NCBI GenBank assembly: GCA_964016885.1
Contig: OZ024746.1
Coordinates: 63,302,001-63,366,000, forward strand
Length of the DNA: 64,000 bases
Reading direction: 5' to 3'
Source: Eledone cirrhosa
Taxonomy: Eukaryota
Below are positions 1-14,090 of the stretch, in pieces. Below the pieces are notes generated by a model. It was given only the letters and a program-made list of their open reading frames with translations, searched no databases and was not told the origin of the DNA. The stretch's first letter is position 1. Each line of letters starts with the position of its first letter. A program made the position numbers and the translations under genes.

Positions 1-1
1 C

Positions 2-6
<5 letters not shown>

Positions 7-68
<62 letters not shown>
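7..68. repeat. (CT)n microsatellite
   Basis: Pure CT dinucleotide run. Confidence 0.95.
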
Positions 69-70
<2 letters not shown>

Positions 71-694
71 TTGTATCTATATGTTTTATGTTTGCTTATG
101 CAAATATATATTTGTATGTGTATTTGTGAACACATCAAGTTTAAAATCAACAATTGGAGTCAATTCTCTTTGTTTATACCTTAATGAGAGGCATGAACAT
201 CGCATGATCTCATTGTCATCCAATACATATTGGAGAAAATCATTTGTGTTCACTTTATTTACATGGGATTCTAAAATAAAGCTAACACAAGATTTATCTG
301 TCCATCCATCTCTCTCTCTCTCTCACACCTTCCATGCTAGCATGGGTTAGGCGGGTTGTCCCATTTAGGGCAAATTGGGTCAGGTGATTGTATCCTACTC
401 ATACAGAACTGTTTCTAGCTAGATTTCTACAGCTGGATGCCCTTCCTAATGCCAACCACATTAGTGTGGGTTGAGTGCTTTTTGTCATGACACACACACA
501 CACACAGTCAGAGAGGCAGAATGTGTGTATATATATATAAACCATGCACTCCAACGTATACTTGTCTCAGAGTCTTCCTCTGAAGGAATAATCATCCCAG
601 TAATGTTAAATTGTGTTCGCTGTTGTATAGATTGGACTACCTTCCAGCAACATCATTAAAAACAATGTTTCTTCTCTGATTCTAAGAAACTATG

Positions 695-730
<36 letters not shown>

Positions 731-829
731 AGAGGGAGAGAACTGTTATATTGATATACCTAGATGAAACATTGTGTAAGGAGTACATTTTGTTTTTTAA
801 TGTATTGCCTTCTCCGCCATTTAATTTTG

Positions 830-874
<45 letters not shown>

Positions 875-3800
875 TCTGACAGTTACCTGTCCTTTCCGCT
901 CTAGCCAGATGATTTCTTTTAAGTGCCCCATTACAGATCTCACACTGACTATTACCTACTACATTTAAGAGACTCCCTTCTTTTGGCTCTCACCCCATAC
1001 CTTTATCTTGTGGTCTCATGTCTCCCTTATGACCCCCATTCTCCCTCTTCCCTGTCTCTGTTACTGTAAACATATTTGGTAACCACCCTTCTCTGACTGA
1101 CTGTACTTACTTACACAGGTAAACTTCCTACTATAATTCTGACTTAACCATCACCTCTCTCTTACCAAACATGAGATTTTATGTAAACATCTTTTATCAA
1201 CTCAGGTCTCTATTTCCTGGAAGAAATTGTTATTTCTATAAAGTTATCCATACTGAACATTATTTTGGTTAGTCTTAAATAAGCTTGTTCATTTAGCTAT
1301 AACATGTCTTTCTTAGGGAGTTATATACCTTCATACGCATTTGCACAGATATACATACACACATGCTATTTTTCCCTCAAACTTTCTACAAACAGTACTA
1401 ATTAATATTCCATAGACTTAGGTACAACAACAAAATAATTAGCCACGAATAGGTTTAATTTGATGTAAGTTTTTAACTTAAAATTGTTGGCAAATCATTT
1501 TTTTTTTTAATGTGGATAGCCATAAACTATTTATTTTCTTTAAAATAATGGGAGTAATCATTAATTATAAAGCACCCAGCTTACTCTGTAAAATGGTAGT
1601 GTTGGTGTCAGTACACACTGTAAAGCACTCCACATTAGGAAGGGCAGCCAGTGGTAGAAAACAATCCCAAAATGGGGCATACAAGCAAAATGTAGTCACC
1701 TGACCATCTGCTCAATATCTTCCCCCTCTTGAACTTTAGTTATAACTAACATGTCTAATTGTTATTAAATTTTCTTCTCTGAATTTTATTTCGTTTTTCA
1801 TCTTACCCAGCTTTTCTTTATCATATGTTGTACCTCCATGACTATTTTAACACCTATTTTTTCCAGACTAACATTTGTTGGATGGGTCGTCAATATGACA
1901 AAATACCACTTCTCTGGATCTTATGCCTATTTTATTTATAAGTAACATTTTCCCAACATGCATCATTAATATTTATATCTTGTCCATAATTTGGCAATAA
2001 TCTATCCTGCATGTATCAATTAATGTCATAAACACTCAACTGATTTCTCAGCTCTTATCTAGATATGTAAGAAGGTTTTATAGCTATATACTTTTATAGC
2101 TTAGAGAATATTATCATAAAGACTGAAACAAGGAAAATAAAATAACTTTCACAGGGGAAAACTATAATTATTGCATGAATATAAATATGTTGCCCATATT
2201 ATGTTACCATTTTAAATGTATTAAATTATTTGGTAGGGACCAGGCACATCCCTCAATATATCAGGCATACCATGTTACCATTCTAAACATATTAAATTAG
2301 GTACCCAGATACATCCCACATGTTTTTAACATTGTTGAAGAGTCCTTCTGGCTCTTTGTTTGACAGGTTTTCTGATTGGATCCACTTCCTATCACCAGTA
2401 ACTTTACAGAGTACACTGGATGCATTGTAGATCACCAACACTAGAGAGGTTGTCTTGCCCTGACACAATTTCAACTGACAAAAATCTTAACTCAATTACC
2501 ATATGTTACCTCACTTTATTTATTTTCTCTAGTGTAGATTTTAGTGAGGCCAGCTGTTGTTATTGAAATGACCAAATCTTTCTAAATAACATTGGGTGTG
2601 GAGTTAATTTAGAAAATCTATTTTTGTGAAAGTGTGGTTACAATAAGACCACTGCTGTTCAATAAAAACAGTTAAGGTTAATAACACACCACCAACTGTT
2701 GAACTTTACATTTAATATTTTGAATATAATTAAACAACAAATTATAATTTATATTTTATATTGGGAATATTAACTGCAGATAGTTTTAAAACAAACAAAT
2801 TCAATATAAAACATTCATTATTTTATCATTGTTTGCATTTTTTTTTAAACCTTCATTTGATTGAGAAAATTAAAACTGTCCAAAGGTAAAATTATAACAG
2901 AAAAAATTGAATTTTCAGATCATAGAGAATTTCTACTATATATAATACTCGAGGTTTTGTCGCTCTCTAATGAAATTATTTGGCATTCAGATTATTTATA
3001 AACATATTTTCTTAATGTATTTGTTTCATTACGTGCACCCAGTCCTCCCTCTATATAATTTCCTTTTGACTTACGTCTTATTAATTTTGTACTTCTCATA
3101 GCAAGAAAATAGCCAGTTTATTACTCCTTCAGCATATTTAACCCACTGAATAATATCTGCCTATCTTTTTTGTTCTTTATCTGAATAAGCTGATAGGAAT
3201 GAAAATTTGGAATATTCTGAAGCCCAAGAGCTGTGAGATTTGTTTTCAGAAGGATCCTGTTCTTTGCTAAATATTCTAGACTTAGATTAAAGTTTAGAAG
3301 ATTGAAGTTTTATTTATTGATATGCTGTTAAATGATTGATAAGCACAATTGTCTACCCTAGAACTGATCAGTACTAAATGTATTACATTTATATATATTA
3401 GTGGTTTATATGAAAGCATATATGTTTATATACTATAAACAGGAGAGCCTCGCTATCAAAGAAAAGATAGTTTCATTATGAAAAAAATTGTTTTTCTCTT
3501 TTGCTCTGTGAACATGTTGTATATATCCCAGTAGCCGTTGAGATTGCCAGACAGGTGTTTCAAGATTATTTAATCGGTGACTTTGACTCAACTGGACTAC
3601 AACCTATATTGATTTTGGATATTGAATATTTGCTTGAGATGCTCCATTTGTATATTACAATTATATATATATACACGCGTGCGCGCGCGGAGGACCCTGG
3701 TTGTATCAAAGACCTGACAACCTCTCTAGTGCTAGTGATGATAAAATGCACTTGGTAGAGCTTGGGACCTCGTGTAAGCAAGATGCGAACCTCCAGCCTG

Positions 3801-4382
3801 TCTGGGAGGTCAGTATCCCCATTTGATCTGTAAAATCCTGTCCATCCTCTGCTATCAGAGAAAACAGACTTTAAATGAAGTGGATCATAATGATAATTCT
3901 CAAACATTGATAAAAATCCAAACTAAGGTGTCATTGTTGGTAACTCAATATATACTATTGACTAAGTTGTAATGGGAAATTATGTATTAGGAGAGAAAAA
4001 TATTTGTGTTTCCAAGCTGTTGTAGCCATAAAACAAAAGTATGTTAATGTGTGACTAAGTTTCTCTAAATATTTTTAGATTTTACTAGTTTTATATAATA
4101 TTTGCTCCCACCATTGGTAAATATATATTTCTGTTACTTTGGTGGTAATGATTATAACAATAGTTATAAGAAAAGAATAACATAATAGATTAATTGTTGC
4201 AAGGGGCCCTTTTTTTTTTGTCTTTTGTTGTTTTTTACCAGGTAAATATTACATCATTTCCACATAAACTGGGTTTGACTCATAAATTTTTTTTTTTTTC
4301 CTGTAGACTATCGGTTTAATACCCTCAATAATTCATTATTACTATGGCGCCACTTAGAAGTAGAGGCATGGAAAAAGATGAT

Positions 4383-6410
<2,028 letters not shown>

Positions 6411-9341
6411 TTGGAATAAATGCTCTGAAATAGCGATATATATGTGAATATAGACATAGAATATTCGAAAATATTCTGTATGTTTATAATAAACATTTTG
6501 AAGACCTAATCGCTATAGAATAGAATGCGTCACGTATTACAATTAGATTCTCGATAAAAGCAAGGGAAGTAATCTACGCGTTTCATTCTTGTTAGAAATC
6601 ATCAGGACTACATATCCAGTGCTTTTATCGAGAATGACACAGCTAGAGACTTATAGAATACTTAGCTGTGTACAGGAACTGGTTTGAAAGAGCGGTTGCC
6701 GGTCCGGCAGAAATTAGAAATTGGAATAAATGCTCTGAAATAGCGATATATATGTGAATATAGACATAGAATATTCGAAAATATTCTGTATGTTTATAAT
6801 AAACATTTTGAAGACCTAATCGCTATAGAATAGAATACGTCACGTATTACAATTAGATTCTCGATAAAAGCAAGGGAAGTAATCTACGCGTTTCATTCTT
6901 GTTAGAAATCATCAGGACTACATATCCAGTGCTTTTATCGAGAATGACACAGCTAGAGACTTATAGAATACTTAGCTGTGTACAGGAACTGGTTTGAAAG
7001 AGCGGTTGCCGGTCCGGCAGAAATTAGAAATTGGAATAAATGCTCTGAAATAGCGATATATATGTGAATATAGACATAGAATATTCGAAAATATTCTGTA
7101 TGTTTATAATAAACATTTTGAAGACCTAATCGCTATAGAATAGAATACGTCACGTATTACAATTAGATTCTCGATAAAAGCAAGGGAAGTAATCTACGCG
7201 TTTCATTCTTGTTAGAAATCATCAGGACTACATATCCAGTGCTTTTATCGAGAATGACACAGCTAGAGACTTATAGAATACTTAGCTGTGTACAGGAACT
7301 GGTTTGAAAGAGCGGTTGCCGGTCCGGCAGAAATTAGAAATTGGAATAAATGCTCTGAAATAGCGATATATATGTGAATATAGACATAGAATATTCGAAA
7401 ATATTCTGTATGTTTATAATAAACATTTTGAAGACCTAATCGCTATAGAATAGAATACGTCACGTATTACAATTAGATTCTCGATAAAAGCAAGGGAAGT
7501 AATCTACGCGTTTCATTCTTGTTAGAAATCATCAGGACTACATATCCAGTGCTTTTATCGAGAATGACACAGCTAGAGACTTATAGAATACTTAGCTGTG
7601 TACAGGAACTGGTTTGAAAGAGCGGTTGCCGGTCCGGCAGAAATTAGAAATTGGAATAAATGCTCTGAAATAGCGATATATATGTGAATATAGACATAGA
7701 ATATTCGAAAATATTCTGTATGTTTATAATAAACATTTTGAAGACCTAATCGCTATAGAATAGAATACGTCACGTATTACAATTAGATTCTCGATAAAAG
7801 CAAGGGAAGTAATCTACGCGTTTCATTCTTGTTAGAAATCATCAGGACTACATATCCAGTGCTTTTATCGAGAATGACACAGCTAGAGACTTATAGAATA
7901 CTTAGCTGTGTACAGGAACTGGTTTGAAAGAGCGGTTGCCGGTCCGGCAGAAATTAGAAATTGGAATAAATGCTCTGAAATAGCGATATATATGTGAATA
8001 TAGACATAGAATATTCGAAAATATTCTGTATGTTTATAATAAACATTTTGAAGACCTAATCGCTATAGAATAGAATACGTCACGTATTACAATTAGATTC
8101 TCGATAAAAGCAAGGGAAGTAATCTACGCGTTTCATTCTTGTTAGAAATCATCAGGACTACATATCCAGTGCTTTTATCGAGAATGACACAGCTAGAGAC
8201 TTATAGAATACTTAGCTGTGTACAGAACTGGTTTGAAAGAGCGGTTGCCGGTCCGGCAGAAATTAGAAATTGGAATAAATGCTCTGAATAGCGATATATA
8301 TGTGAATATAGACATAGAATATTCGAAAATATTCTGTATGTTTATAATAAACATTTTGAAGACCTAATCGCTATAGAATAGAATACGTCACGTATTACAA
8401 TTAGATTCTCTCGATAAAAGCAAGGGAAGTAATCTACGCGTTTCATTCTTGTTAGAAATCATCAGGACTACATATCCAGTGCTTTTATCGAGAATGACAC
8501 AGCTAGAGACTTATAGAATACTTAGCTGTGTACAGGAACTGGTTTGAAAGAGCGGTTGCCGGTCCGGCAGAAATTAGAAATTGGAATAAATGCTCTGAAA
8601 TAGCGATATATATGTGAATATAGACATAGAATATTCGAAAATATTCTGTATGTTTATAATAAACATTTTGAAGACCTAATCGCTATAGAATAGAATACGT
8701 CACGTATTACAATTAGATTCTCGATAAAAGCAAGGGAAGTAATCTACGCGTTTCATTCTTGTTAGAAATCATCAGGACTACATATCCAGTGCTTTTATCG
8801 AGAATGACACAGCTAGAGACTTATAGAATACTTAGCTGTGTACAGGAACTGGTTTGAAAGAGCGGTTGCCGGTCCGGCAGAAATTAGAAATTGGAATAAA
8901 TGCTCTGAAATAGCGATATATATGTGAATATAGACATAGAATATTCGAAAATATTCTGTATGTTTATAATAAACATTTTGAAGACCTAATCGCTATAGAA
9001 TAGAATACGTCACGTATTACAATTAGATTCTCGATAAAAGCAAGGGAAGTAATCTACGCGTTTCATTCTTGTTAGAAATCATCAGGACTACATATCCAGT
9101 GCTTTTATCGAGAATGACACAGCTAGAGACTTATAGAATACTTAGCTGTGTACAGGAACTGGTTTGAAAGAGCGGTTGCCGGTCCGGCAGAAATTAGAAA
9201 TTGGAATAAATGCTCTGAAATAGCGATATATATGTGAATATAGACATAGAATATTCGAAAATATTCCGTATGTTTATAATAAACATTTTGAAGACCTAAT
9301 CGCTATAGAATAGAATACGTCACGTATTACAATTAGATTCT
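6411..9341 (-). mobile_element. Retrozyme-like tandem array: 9 complete + 1 partial copies of a 310-bp hammerhead-containing unit (ribozyme sense on - strand)
   Basis: TTGGAATAAATGCTCTG recurs at 6411, 6721, 7031, 7341, 7651, 7961, 8270, 8581, 8891 and 9201, with only a handful of differences between copies. Each full unit reads GTAGTC-CTGATGA-TTTCTAACAAGAAT-GAAAC-GC-GTA-GATTAC on the - strand. No ORF. Confidence 0.88.
6547..6635 (-). ncRNA. Type I hammerhead ribozyme, copy 1 of 9 on the - strand (repeats every ~310 bp to ~9115)
   Basis: Core CUGAUGA (6605-6599); GAAA; GUA triplet (6577-6575); stem I GUAGUC/GAUUAC extended by a perfect 16-bp inverted repeat (6547-6562 / 6620-6635); stem II UUCU/AGAA; palindromic stem III ACGCGU. 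Confidence 0.85.
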
Positions 9342-9532
9342 ATAGCGATTAGGTCTTCAAAATGTTTATTATAAACATACAGAATATTTTCGAATATTCT
9401 ATGTCTATATTCACATATATATCGCTATTTCAGAGCATTTATTCCAATTTCTAATTTCTGCCGGACCGGCAACCGCTCTTTCAAACCAGTTCCTGTACAC
9501 AGCTAAGTATTCTATAAGTCTCTAGCTGTGTC

Positions 9533-9621
9533 ATTCTCGATAAAAACACTGGATATGTAGTCCTGATGATTTCTAACAAGAATGAAACGCGTAGATTACT
9601 TCCCTTGCTTTTATCGAGAAT
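9533..9621 (+). ncRNA. Type I hammerhead ribozyme (+ strand copy 1), predicted cleavage after 9593
   Basis: GTAGTC(9557-9562) CTGATGA(9563-9569) TTTCTAACAAGAAT GAAACGC GTA(9591-9593) GATTAC(9594-9599). Confidence 0.85.
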
Positions 9622-9842
9622 CTAATTGTAATACGTGACGTATTCTATTCTATAGCGATTAGGTCTTCAAAATGTTTATTATAAACATACAGAATATTTT
9701 CGAATATTCTATGTCTATATTCACATATATATCGCTATTTCAGAGCATTTATTCCAATTTCTAATTTCTGCCGGACCGGCAACCGCTCTTTCAAACCAGT
9801 TCCTGTACACAGCTAAGTATTCTATAAGTCTCTAGCTGTGTC

Positions 9843-9931
9843 ATTCTCGATAAAAGCACTGGATATGTAGTCCTGATGATTTCTAACAAGAATGAAACGC
9901 GTAGATTACTTCCCTTGCTTTTATCGAGAAT
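9843..9931 (+). ncRNA. Type I hammerhead ribozyme (+ strand copy 2), predicted cleavage after 9903
   Basis: Identical core 310 nt downstream of copy 1: CTGATGA 9873-9879, GTA 9901-9903. Confidence 0.85.
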
Positions 9932-10033
9932 CTAATTGTAATACGTGACGTATTCTATTCTATAGCGATTAGGTCTTCAAAATGTTTATTATAAACATAC
10001 AGAATATTTTCGAATATTCTATGTCTATATTCA

Positions 10034-10285
10034 TATATATATATATATATATATTTATTTATATATATATATATTTATTTATATATATATTTATTTATAT
10101 ATATATATATTTATATATATATATATTTATTTATATATATATTTATTTATATATATATATATTTATATATATATATATTTATATATATATATATATATGT
10201 TTATATTTATATATATATATTTATATATTTATATATATATATTTTTATATTTATATATATATATTTATATTTATATATATATATT

Positions 10286-10350
<65 letters not shown>

Positions 10351-10695
10351 TTATATATATATATATTTATATATTTATATATATATATTTATATATATAT
10401 ATTTATATATATATATTTATATATATATATTTATATATATATATTTATATATATATATATTTATATTTATATATTTATATTTATATATTTATATATATAT
10501 ATTTATATATATATATTTATATATATATATTTATATATTTATATATATATATATATATTTATATATTTATATATATATATTTATATTTATATATTTATAT
10601 ATATATATTTATATATATATATTTATATATATATTTATATATATTTATATATTTATATATATATACTTATATATTTATATATATATATTTATATT

Positions 10696-10782
<87 letters not shown>

Positions 10783-10810
10783 TATATTTATATATATTAT
10801 ATATATATAT
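10034..10810. repeat. (TA)n/(TTTATA)n tract, right flank of the array
   Basis: Same composition and same T-excess polarity as the left tract. Confidence 0.97.
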
Positions 10811-12593
10811 GATGATGATGATATATACACACACACATACAATTTGGGGATTGTCTTTTTGTTATTTATTGATTTTTTTTGTTCTAGTCAAACTCTACAT
10901 TTTCCTCAGTCAGTGATGTTGAATTGGGTTGGGTTCGGGTTTTGTAAATCACACAAACAAAACATATTTCATCTATCTTTAATGTCATTCAGGACATGTG
11001 GCCCATGTGATTAACTCAAAATAATAATTATATAAGTTTCATAAATATCTGTTTGAATCAGGTATGGCTGTGTGGTTAGGAAGTTTACGTCACAATTACA
11101 TGCTTTCAGGTTCTTTGCCAGTGTGTGGTACTTGGGTAAATAAATGCCTTGTGAGTAGAATCGGTACAGAGAAGTTATATGAAGCCTGACATTGTGTGTG
11201 TCTGTGCATGTATATTTGTCTGTGTCTTTACTTCATATTTCACACTGTTAACAGTTTGACAAACAAAGACCAGTGCCTTACTTATAAAACAAGTGTTGGC
11301 ATCAGGAATATTGCTTCAAAATGTCTTGTTCAATCTATATAAGCATGTGGGGTGAGGGAATAATTCTTAAAGATTTATTTCTTTTTATTTATTTCCTAAA
11401 AATGTTCCACATTAATTAACTCTTAACATTCTGTAATGATTCAGCAGTAAATATGTAAAAATGGGATCTAAGACAAATATCTATAGTGTCTTTATTAGAG
11501 GATAAATCATTGTGAAAATTTGTTGTATTAACTTCAATTTTTAATGTGCTGTCTTGTTAATGTGGTTTCGTATGGTATAGGACATTAAGAGTTATCATTT
11601 AGTATATCTGTCAGTTCTTATACTTCTGAGTAATGTTTGTTTCTATTTTAATATTCTATTCTTTGGCTTCTTTCTTATCCCTTTTGTGGTCATATTTCTA
11701 ATCAAATTACCCTGTTTATATGTCAAAATTTAATTTTGAAAATAAAGAATTTGGAAAGAGTTAATAAAATCCCTGGTCTTGTTATGCCAATCTGCCTAAA
11801 CTCATATTGAAGTTTTCATATTTAGTCTAAAACTTTGAGTAGTCTTTTATTATTACATAACTAACACTAATAAATAGATAAAGCTTCCATCATAGTTTTA
11901 TATAAGAACCATAAGTTGTATTCCAAATAGTTGCTTAATACAATAAATGAAAACGATAACTTATGTTGTCACTGAACTGTTCTAAATTCTGGTTTGTTTT
12001 AACTGAAATATATAAGCTTCCAATTTAAAGACATGTCACTGTTGGATTAAGCCATTTTTTTTTTTTTAGTGTTAATGAGTATTTTGATGGCTATGTATAG
12101 TTTCAACTAGTTGTTAAAGCCTGATTTATGTGACTGAATGCCCCCTTTTTAAATGATAACTAATTTATCATGAAGTGGAAATGATGCTTATTTTTAACAG
12201 ATAACTGAAATTATTGATAAAAATATTTATCAGATTTTAAGTTCATAATATTTTGGTCAGTAATCTCCAGCACATAATTGTTTTGGGCTAGTCCACATTT
12301 TCTTGTCTGACATTTCATTGTACTATTCTGACAAGGAATAATCACTTCACTTTATCTAGCATAAAATAGGAAGCATTGTCATCCCATGACTGATTGGAAC
12401 CTAACAGTAAAATGTTTGCTCCATTCAACATCACATACACATTATCTGAGATAAAAAAATTTCACTTTAAAATGTATTTATTGCACACTGAACATTACAT
12501 ATGTTTCACAGATGATTGGCTTGAGGTCTTTATTGATGTGATAGACTTGACTCTAGTATCAATCTGCTCCTCAGACATGTGGATTCTGACTAT

Positions 12594-12762
12594 TGGTAGA
12601 GGGTCGGACGCCTTGCTTTGACGCATAGTTACGGCCCTTGCAATTCTGAGTTCAAATCCCGCCGAGGTTAACTTTGCCTTTCATCCTTACGGGGTCGATA
12701 AAATAAAGTACCAGTAATGCACTGGGTAATTGCTGGCCTTGTGCCAAAAGTAGAAAATTATT
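12594..12762 (+). mobile_element. SINE family A (tRNA-derived head, Sauria/Meta-like central motif)
   Basis: B-box-like GAGTTCAAATCCC followed by GCCTTTCATCCTTACGGGGTCGATAAAATAAAGTACCAG and an (ATT)n tail. At least 9 near-identical copies in the window. Confidence 0.85.
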
Positions 12763-13296
12763 TATATATATATATATATATATATGGTTGTTTAGCTCAA
12801 TGGCTAGAGCACTCGGCTAGAATTTTAGAATTTGATTCTCTGTAGCAGCTGCTAGCTACTTTTTTTCCATTCATGGGAGTATTTTACCAGATTTTCCGAG
12901 CTATTCTTTATTGCATTCAAATGTGGTTAGTTATTTTCTGCATTTGAAATTCATACCTTTTCTAAGAATACATTTCAGAATTTACAAAGCAACCAATGTC
13001 TTTCTTAACATAGAAAATACATCAAGAAGGAGCAGAAAAAAAAAGATAACCCATCTGCTGCTACTAACATGATGACAGCTTATTTTAAGAAATCATAGCA
13101 AGAATCTTGTATGTTTATTATACATAAACATATTGTATATGTTTTCATATACACACATATCAATGTTCTAAATGTACATTTTCAGAATTAAAAATTGGTT
13201 TAGTATTTTATTGTAGGTATTCAAATTAAGAACCTTTCTGCTTTTAGCTGTAATTGATTTGTATTTTAATTATAAATATATTTTTTTTAATTCCAG

Positions 13297-13421
13297 ACTT
13301 GAAAGCTGACATAGACCATCTCTGGAAATGGCTCCAAGGTGTTGAAAATCGTCTTTTACCATTGTGTATACGAAGTAGTTGGTCCACACCTGAGCTGGAA
13401 GAAAAATTGACTGAGCATCAG
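13297..13421 (+). CDS. Internal coding exon of a spectrin-repeat protein (klarsicht/AKAP6/nesprin-like): (D)LKADIDHLWKWLQGVENRLLPLCIRSSWSTPELEEKLTEHQ
   Basis: T-rich acceptor TTCCAG|, donor CAG|GTATGT, phase 1 in and phase 0 out. The peptide has the spectrin-repeat helix A pattern (LxxWLxxxExxL) and joins in frame to exon 37688. Confidence 0.88.
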
Positions 13422-13853
13422 GTATGTAAAAAAATCTTGTTTATGTATTGTTCTTTCCCTCCTTTTTTTATAAACCTCAGAGAGAAAAAGTTTGTTCAGT
13501 TGTATGGCTGGCTGGACCAACCAAAGTAAAGTTCATAATTTCAATACCTAGTATTGATATTGCATCATATCTCTCTTCTTAAACAAATCACATCTCTTAA
13601 CTCATTCTCAATTATATTTCTTCTATTTCATTCTCATCTCTTATCATTTTTTCTCACCATTCATCCTCTCTTTTTTCCTACTTTCTCTCTCCTTTCTCAC
13701 TCTTTCATTTTACCCATCTTTAATATTTCCTACAAAACTAATGTACATAAAATACTCTTCCAGTGCATCTCCCTTACCATCCTCCAGGGGAAACACCTTC
13801 TACATTGTCTGCCAGGGCCGTGGAGCGGCCAGCATGTGGGACCCCATTTGCTC

Positions 13854-13954
13854 ATAATTGTTTCTACTTTAGGCACAAGGCCAGCAATTACTCAGTGCAT
13901 TACTGGTACTTTATTTTATCGACCCCGTAAGGATGAAAGGCAAAATCAACCTTG
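13854..13954 (-). mobile_element. SINE family A, 3' part
   Basis: Reverse complement of the family A body and tail. Confidence 0.8.
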
Positions 13955-14090
13955 CTCATAATGCAGAGAGATGGGGAGGGCTAGAGAGATGGAGGTGATG
14001 ACAATGGGTGTTCGGCTCTTCCGTGTTTGGAAACATTTATCAGACTAATCTTTATGTACTTGCATTGAACATTATAGAACCTACTGGATG

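Larger units (their letters stand above)
9337..10033 (+). mobile_element. Inverted continuation of the 310-bp array (~2.25 copies; ribozyme sense on + strand)
   Basis: Reverse complement of the unit. It starts at the ATTCT microhomology (9337-9341) and ends at ATGTCTATATTCA (10033), running into (TA)n. Confidence 0.9.

Noticed and set aside
3520-3610. Hammerhead-like TGAAACACCTGTC on the - strand
   Set aside because: The CUGANGA box is not intact and stem I does not pair; too degenerate to call.
4307-4382. Acceptor-like poly-T/CTGTAG followed by open frame (D)[23 protein letters not shown]
   Set aside because: No convincing donor before the TA tract and no recognisable homology; cannot support it as an exon.
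6411-10033. CRISPR array, rDNA/5S or tRNA tandem interpretation
   Set aside because: Units are identical along their whole length (no unique spacers), there are no cas genes, and no rRNA/tRNA motifs are present. The context is eukaryotic.
9982-10916. ORFs of 276 and 239 aa
   Set aside because: Same microsatellite artefact.
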